A stretch of DNA of 64,000 bases from IMG/VR virus record IMGVR_UViG_2236876025_000003. One strand, 5' to 3'. A model generated the notes under the pieces. The model ran no database searches, was not told the DNA's origin, and saw only the letters and a list, made by a program, of their open reading frames with translations. Positions 58,213 to 64,000 of the stretch are shown in pieces. The stretch is from an uncultured virus (IMG/VR IMGVR_UViG_2236876025_000003). Its lineage: Duplodnaviria; Heunggongvirae; Uroviricota; Caudoviricetes. The position numbers and the translations under genes were made by a program. The number at the start of each line of letters is the position of its first letter. Positions within the stretch are counted from its first letter, which is position 1.

Positions 58213-59271
58213 ATGAGTAATGATTTCTTAGAATACTATCATCGTGAAAGTAAGAAACATGCTGTTACTGAAGAAGAACAGCTTGCTCTTCATAAAAAAC
58301 AAATGGAGATGGAGTCTAAAAGACACCAATTAGAAGACGACGACGATTTTTATAATGAAGAAGTGCCTGTACAGGAATCTACACGCGTTAATGTGCCTAC
58401 GAAAAAACTTCCGCCTAAACGTCCGATTGTTCCGCCTGCACCACGTCAGGTACCATCTCGACCGGCAGCTGTGCCAGCTACACCAGCACCGGCACCGGTT
58501 AATCGTGTACGCACACGTGCATCATCCCAAATGGATGAAGCTCTTGCTATGATTGATAAAATCACTGACAAGATTACTGGCATGTTTTTTAAATATGGTT
58601 TTGACGGTCTTGAAAAGATTAGTCGTCATTTAAATGAAGATATTGAAGAAATTGTAAATCCGCAGCCAACATATCGAGAAGATTATAATGAATCTTATAA
58701 TGCGAACGAAGAACGCATACTCGAACTCGAAGAAGAAAATAATAAACTCCGTAGATTACTCGAAAGACAGTTAGAACGTAGCAAGGCAGAAGCTGCTGAA
58801 ACGCCTGTTGCACGTAAGCCAGTAAAGCCTGTTATCGAAGAAACTACGATTGATGAATCGGTAGACGATGTTCCAGAAGAACTTGAAGAAGTCGACGAAT
58901 CATATGGAATGCCGGAAACTGATTCTGAAAAACTAAACGAACAATTTATTTCCATGAACCAAAACATGGATATTAATGCTCTGGGCGCATCGTTGACACA
59001 ACAAGCTGCAATACAAAAACGTAGTGAATCCGCTGGTGATACAAGACTGGCACAGGTAGCCGCACGTGCAGAGATGCTCCAACAATCGATGAATAAAAAA
59101 ATCGATGATAAAATTGCGTCTGTCGAACAACAACAAGCAGAGTCATTCCAACAATCTGAAGAATTGGAAATTATTGATGTCGAAGAACCGACACAGCCAA
59201 TCGAAAATGTAAAGTCTACTCCTGCTGCAGAATCTAAGAAAAAAGTCTCTAAAAAGAAAAAGTCTAAATAA
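58213..59271 (+). CDS. Acidic coiled-coil protein with Pro-rich linker
   Basis: CATAAATA late-like promoter upstream; heptad segment [17 protein letters not shown]. Confidence 0.55.
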   Translation: MSNDFLEYYHRESKKHAVTEEEQLALHKKQMEMESKRHQLEDDDDFYNEEVPVQESTRVNVPTKKLPPKRPIVPPAPRQVPSRPAAVPATPAPAPVNRVRTRASSQMDEALAMIDKITDKITGMFFKYGFDGLEKISRHLNEDIEEIVNPQPTYREDYNESYNANEERILELEEENNKLRRLLERQLERSKAEAAETPVARKPVKPVIEETTIDESVDDVPEELEEVDESYGMPETDSEKLNEQFISMNQNMDINALGASLTQQAAIQKRSESAGDTRLAQVAARAEMLQQSMNKKIDDKIASVEQQQAESFQQSEELEIIDVEEPTQPIENVKSTPAAESKKKVSKKKKSK

Positions 59272-59528
59272 TGAAAAATAAAAATAAAAAAGATCTAAAA
59301 CCTAAGTCTGAGAAAACAAATATATCTGAAGTGGAGGTAGAGGGAACGGTAATAGAAGCCAGGCCCAATGCCATGTTTGATGTGAAATTGGACAATGATA
59401 ACGTAGTTCTATGTACAATTTGCGGCAAGATAAGAGTTAATCGTATTCGAATCTTGCCAGGTGATCGCGTTAAAGTTGGTCTGAGTATATACGATTTAAA
59501 TAAAGGAAGAATACTTTTTAGATTATGA
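59271..59528 (+). CDS. infA: Translation initiation factor IF-1
   Basis: [21 protein letters not shown]...[22 protein letters not shown]. Confidence 0.95.
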   Translation: MKNKNKKDLKPKSEKTNISEVEVEGTVIEARPNAMFDVKLDNDNVVLCTICGKIRVNRIRILPGDRVKVGLSIYDLNKGRILFRL

Positions 59529-59755
59529 TCCCGGAATATAAAAGAGATAAAGCCAATCCGCTTAATATTGAAACCGCATTACAGAATTTACCTGAAATTG
59601 CTGCGCTTGCCGCACAGCAAGATACTTGGTCACAATATGAACAGCCAGCAGATTTCTCGGATATACCGCCTGAATATCAAAAGTTAATTCCTGACAATGT
59701 TCGCAAAAATCAAGAAGATACGCGAATATATAATATTTGGTTAACAAAACAATAA
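59525..59755 (+). CDS. Hypothetical protein
   Basis: ATGA-coupled ORF. Confidence 0.5.
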   Translation: MIPEYKRDKANPLNIETALQNLPEIAALAAQQDTWSQYEQPADFSDIPPEYQKLIPDNVRKNQEDTRIYNIWLTKQ

Positions 59756-59773
59756 AATCAAGAGGTAAAAACT

Positions 59774-59980
59774 ATGATGCAAAACGGAAATAATTTTAAT
59801 GATGCTGTTGACTCTGAAGACGTTCTTGTCAATTCAGTTCGTGCAATTAAGCTTTATATTATCGCACGTATGGATGAAGCAAAGAAGGATAGAACTCCAG
59901 AACCGATGCTCAAGTTCAAAGAAGGCTACATCAAGGGTCTCGAGGACATCCAAGCATTTGTTAAGAAACTTAGCATTTAA
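59774..59980 (+). CDS. Hypothetical protein
   Basis: GAGG SD, 68 aa. Confidence 0.55.
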   Translation: MMQNGNNFNDAVDSEDVLVNSVRAIKLYIIARMDEAKKDRTPEPMLKFKEGYIKGLEDIQAFVKKLSI

Positions 59981-59995
59981 TTAGATTTCCAAAAG

Positions 59996-60030
59996 AAAAA
60001 ATTCATGATTCTTATGAGTCATGAATTTTT
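59996..60030 (+). terminator. Inverted repeat, probable terminator or operator upstream of DNA polymerase
   Basis: AAAAATTCATGATTC-ttat-GAGTCATGAATTTTT. Confidence 0.55.
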
Positions 60031-60081
60031 CTATCTTTATAATATAAAATCCGTATAAGACAGAGAGTTGAAGGATAAATA

Positions 60082-63000
60082 ATGGAAGCATTCAAAAATT
60101 GTTATTATGATAGATTTCATAAGACAATATATTTGAAAGAACAACATACGAAAGGCTGGTCAAAGCATAAATATCAGCCGTGGTGTTATATAACGGACAC
60201 TACTGGTAAATCAAATATATTGGACATTTATAAGCGTCCGGTTATGCGATACGAGTACAAGGACAATACGGTCATTGAAGCTTTAAAGCAAAACCCGGAT
60301 ATGATTGTCGCTGAATCTGACTTAAAACCTGAAGTCAAGTTCATGCATGAAAGATACGATAAAGAAGACTTAAAAGTCGATATTGATGACTGGAATATAG
60401 GTCTATTCGATATCGAAGTCGCGGGATCATCGAAATTTTACGACACGCATTTAATTGAAATCCGCGACTTACAAAGAGGCAAATTCGAAAGAATTGAATT
60501 ATTTCTTTTTGATACAAAATATAAGAAAGAAGACTGGGAAGTTTTCGATATCGAGAAAAAATGCTGGGTTAAATACATAAATTCGTGTTTTGTATCTTAC
60601 GAATTCCCGGCGCCAGAAAAAGCCGACTGGCCAATTAACCTTATTTCTTTATATTCGACTAAGGATAAAAAATTATATACTTGGGGCACTAAGCCATATG
60701 ATGACTTAGATGAACCTATTGATAATTATTTGTATTGTAGAACTGAAGTTGACCTTGTACGCAATTTCATGAAATGGTTTGCAAGGCAAGATTTTGATAT
60801 GCTTTCTGGTTGGAACTCGGAAGCATACGATATTCCGTATATTTGTAATAGATGTGCTAAGTTAAGAAAAATTAATAATGTTCAGACTGAATGGGAATGC
60901 TGTTTAAGTCCGTTTAATAAGCTGCCAGAAAGACACGATATTAAAGATAGAAAGCTTGAAGATGTTGATCTTGGCGCTACTTTTACTGTTCCTGGTTTAT
61001 ATTTGATTGACTTCATGAAGTTATATAAGACGTTTGGCAACCATCCGCCTCTTCCGTCTTATTCATTGAACTATATCGCTGCACGAGAACTCAGCGACGG
61101 TAAATTAAAATATGAAGGCTCTATTAATGAAGTCTATAAAGATCAATGGTGTAAGTTTGTTCGATATAACAGAAAGGACGTTACCATTCTGGTTGACCTG
61201 TTCTATAAGCTTAAACTGTTCGAACTTATTATTGAATACGCATTTAACTGTATAGTTACCGTCGACCGTGTAGAAAATAAAGTTCCTACGACGACTGGTT
61301 ATTTTATTAAGTTCCTCCATGCTACTGGACGTGTGCTTAACGATAAGAAAGAAGAACATATCGACTGGTGGACTAGAGAAGAATGCTATAAGGTAAAACA
61401 AAAAGACGGCACGATTTACTATCAGAATACTGAATGGGAAGATAACGTAGAATTTAAGAAATATCTTCTTAAATATGACATGTATAAATGCTTGAAGACT
61501 GAAGAAGAAATCAAGCCAGAAGTTTTAAGTATTTGGAAGCCGAAGAAAATAAACGGTGTTCAATATAATGCATGGCAAGTATTTAAACGAGATTTAGAAT
61601 TATTTAAGGATTGGCCGCATCCGTTCCCTGAATTCCAGGTTAAGGCTGGATATTGCTATGACTATCCGGGTAGATTCGATGACGATATGTCGTTCGATAT
61701 TACCTCGTCATATCCACATCATATCATGATGTTCAACATGTCTCCGGAAACTAAGGTTATCCGTCCTACTCGTTCTCAGATTGAATCTGGCGAAGTCATT
61801 ATGACAGACGTAGCAGAAGTCGGATTCTTAAGAACTGACGACGCGATTATGCCTAATGTCATTAAGCAAGTCTTTAATGAAAGAAAAGTTTGGAAAAAGA
61901 AAGAAGAAGAAGCTATTGAAGCTGGCGATAAGGAAATGGAAAATCTTTGTCATAACCGGCAACAGATTAAGAAACTTATCATTAACAGTATGTATGGCGT
62001 TTCGCTTGCACCTGGCTTCCATTTCTATGACCCGGATATCGCACGTTGTATTTGTCGTTGTGCCCGTGTAACTCTTCGTGACTGGCTGTCTCGTTACTGT
62101 AACGAATATTACGTTTCTACAAAGATAATCAGAGATATCGAAAAGTATTTCAATATCACTCTTAAGAATAAGGCACCGTTAAAACTCACGAACCGTGACT
62201 TCGCAATTGTCCATAATGATACTGACTCGTGCTATATCTGTGTTCATGAACTTAGACAGAGACTTATCGAAGAAGGCGTTTATTCTAACAGGAAAACAAA
62301 ACCTTTGCTTTACCCGGAAGACGGAATGTCTGACGAACAGCTTGCTGAAATGCACAAGAAGAATCGTGAAATCATGGACTACAACAAAACCGTAGCCGAT
62401 GAATATAGAGATTTCTTTAGCCATGCTGAAGCTATGTTCCAGGATTTCTTTAATCAGGTACTTGAAATCAGGGCAAAGAAGTCAAAGGTAAACCAGCTTA
62501 TCAAGTTCAACCGTGAAAACATCTTTAGCAACATGTTCTGTTTCGCGAAGAAGTTATATATCGGTTCAGTTGTAGACAGTGAAGGCGCATTATATCCGTT
62601 AGAAGGCATCGATAAGGAAGTTCTTACCGACGAAGAAAAAGCAACATTGCCTAAATCTATGTTGAAGCATCCGGAAGGACCTAAACATAAAATCATGGGC
62701 GTTCCTATCAAAAAGTCCACGATGCCTGACTTCTGTAAAATCGCAGCAGAAAAACTTGCATTTGACATTTCCGCTGGTATGACCAAAGAAGACGCCGATG
62801 ATTTTATTATGAAGGTCTACGAACAATACCGTAATAGCGATATTAACGATATATCGGCCGTCATTGGTATTTCCAACTATAAGAAATACATTCCGCACGA
62901 TATAGATTATTACGTAAAAAACGGCCTTGAGTTCGAAAAGGGCAAAAACGCGTCCGTTATTTTCGGCGCGAAAGCTGCATTGACGTATAACTACATCTTG

Positions 63001-63306
63001 GCGAAAAAGAAATTTAAGTTGACGCCGATTCAGAATAACTCCAAGATGAAATACATCTACGTAAAGCCGAATAACGAATTCAAATACAAGAATCTGGACA
63101 AGCATACGATTGAGCCGGTGACATTTGTCGCTTTCGTTGACCAATGGCCGAAAGAATTCGATTCGCTTTTTGAAATCGACCACGAGACTATGTTCAGAAA
63201 GTCATTCTGTGCATTGTTCGAGTCAATGTATGAAATCAATAAGTGGCTAGAACCTGGTAAACATCTTACCTTGGAAAAATCAACGCTTTGCGACTTATTT
63301 TGCTAA
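60082..63306 (+). CDS. Family B DNA polymerase (gp43-like)
   Basis: ExoI FDIEV, ExoII GWNSEAYDIPY, ExoIII YNRKD, motif A DITSSYP, motif B KLIINSMYG, motif C NDTDS, KKLY. Confidence 0.95.
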   Translation: MEAFKNCYYDRFHKTIYLKEQHTKGWSKHKYQPWCYITDTTGKSNILDIYKRPVMRYEYKDNTVIEALKQNPDMIVAESDLKPEVKFMHERYDKEDLKVDIDDWNIGLFDIEVAGSSKFYDTHLIEIRDLQRGKFERIELFLFDTKYKKEDWEVFDIEKKCWVKYINSCFVSYEFPAPEKADWPINLISLYSTKDKKLYTWGTKPYDDLDEPIDNYLYCRTEVDLVRNFMKWFARQDFDMLSGWNSEAYDIPYICNRCAKLRKINNVQTEWECCLSPFNKLPERHDIKDRKLEDVDLGATFTVPGLYLIDFMKLYKTFGNHPPLPSYSLNYIAARELSDGKLKYEGSINEVYKDQWCKFVRYNRKDVTILVDLFYKLKLFELIIEYAFNCIVTVDRVENKVPTTTGYFIKFLHATGRVLNDKKEEHIDWWTREECYKVKQKDGTIYYQNTEWEDNVEFKKYLLKYDMYKCLKTEEEIKPEVLSIWKPKKINGVQYNAWQVFKRDLELFKDWPHPFPEFQVKAGYCYDYPGRFDDDMSFDITSSYPHHIMMFNMSPETKVIRPTRSQIESGEVIMTDVAEVGFLRTDDAIMPNVIKQVFNERKVWKKKEEEAIEAGDKEMENLCHNRQQIKKLIINSMYGVSLAPGFHFYDPDIARCICRCARVTLRDWLSRYCNEYYVSTKIIRDIEKYFNITLKNKAPLKLTNRDFAIVHNDTDSCYICVHELRQRLIEEGVYSNRKTKPLLYPEDGMSDEQLAEMHKKNREIMDYNKTVADEYRDFFSHAEAMFQDFFNQVLEIRAKKSKVNQLIKFNRENIFSNMFCFAKKLYIGSVVDSEGALYPLEGIDKEVLTDEEKATLPKSMLKHPEGPKHKIMGVPIKKSTMPDFCKIAAEKLAFDISAGMTKEDADDFIMKVYEQYRNSDINDISAVIGISNYKKYIPHDIDYYVKNGLEFEKGKNASVIFGAKAALTYNYILAKKKFKLTPIQNNSKMKYIYVKPNNEFKYKNLDKHTIEPVTFVAFVDQWPKEFDSLFEIDHETMFRKSFCALFESMYEINKWLEPGKHLTLEKSTLCDLFC

Positions 63307-63310
63307 AATT

Positions 63311-63339
63311 AAGACTGTTCTAACAAGGACAGTCTTTTT
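63311..63339 (+). terminator. Intrinsic terminator
   Basis: AAGACTGTTC-taacaa-GGACAGTCTTTTT. Confidence 0.75.
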
Positions 63340-63353
63340 GTTATAAATAATGT

Positions 63354-64000
63354 ATGAAAAAGCTATTACTTGAATCAATCGATAATGAAAGCCGAAAGGC
63401 CGCAATAACATTCTTGCAGAATAACTTTAAGCGCTGTTTTACACTGGATAAACAGGATTTGACAGACGACGAGAAGCAAAAGCTCTGTCAAGAATATGTA
63501 AAGACTGTTGAAATCAACTACTGTATTCCATGGGATGCAGGTGGATGTAACTGGACAAAGGCATTGATTATGGCTCTTGTCCGCATTCTTAAAACAGAAT
63601 GTAATGACGGTACATCCAGACCGGTAAATACCAGAATGAAAGCACAACTTAAAAAAGTTGCTTTTGCTGCCATGATGTACAGACAAAAACAGGTATGGGA
63701 TGGCGTTCCTAAAGATAATATCATGTCAAAGGACGCCGACGGTAAGAATTTCTACCAGTTGTCCGCCCTCGTTATGCCGCAATATGATGAATTGATGAGC
63801 ATATATCTGAACGGTTACGGTAACGTATGGGCAGGAAAAGAAGCACAGGCAGAAGTTGCCGCCAGAAAGCGCGCCGAGAAAGATGCGGCAAATAATCAGA
63901 GATTCCAAGAGCTTTTAGCTAAAATTGAAAACGGCGGGGAACTGAATGCTGAAGAAAAGGCATTCGTCGAACGTATGAAAGCAAAGCAGGCACAGCAAAA
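63354..64000 (+). CDS. Hypothetical late protein, runs off window end
   Basis: Manual translation MKKLLLESIDNESRK..., open to the end; TATAAATA 63342-63349. Confidence 0.7.
   Translation, partial: MKKLLLESIDNESRKAAITFLQNNFKRCFTLDKQDLTDDEKQKLCQEYVKTVEINYCIPWDAGGCNWTKALIMALVRILKTECNDGTSRPVNTRMKAQLKKVAFAAMMYRQKQVWDGVPKDNIMSKDADGKNFYQLSALVMPQYDELMSIYLNGYGNVWAGKEAQAEVAARKRAEKDAANNQRFQELLAKIENGGELNAEEKAFVERMKAKQAQQ

Noticed and set aside
1..64000. Stop-codon reassignment as in some large gut phages
   Set aside because: Core genes are full-length in the standard code, and TAG and TGA both end genes at sensible positions (e.g. 32944, 43647)

Overview
AT-rich, densely coding segment of a large T4-like (myovirus, probably jumbo) phage genome, read in the standard code. 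Virion and packaging genes include tail sheath, tail tube and tube-like paralogues, portal, gp6-like wedge, two gp26-like hub proteins, gp13, two gp14-like neck proteins, gp4, a probable small terminase, the nuclease half of the large terminase and fibre/adhesin-like proteins. They lie in scrambled orientation, and many have their own T4-type late promoter (TATAAATA). Replication and regulatory genes include family B DNA polymerase, gp62, gp55 late sigma, RegA and a RuvC-like resolvase. Host-like genes include ClpP, a tandem GroES, IF-1, SpoVG, glycosyltransferases and a GNAT. Four highlights: (1) a fractured large terminase whose C-half starts with a 101-aa C-intein of the atypically split TerL type, with no partner gene recognisable in the window; (2) a ~330-nt non-coding, highly base-paired unit with its own promoter that I cannot assign to a known RNA class; (3) at least eight late genes whose ATG lies 4-5 nt after the late promoter, implying leaderless mRNAs; (4) a cohort of late proteins with capsid-targeting-like N-termini, including ART-like and GNAT enzymes. 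All functional calls come from motif recognition by eye, not database searches. No tRNA, rRNA or CRISPR array was seen.
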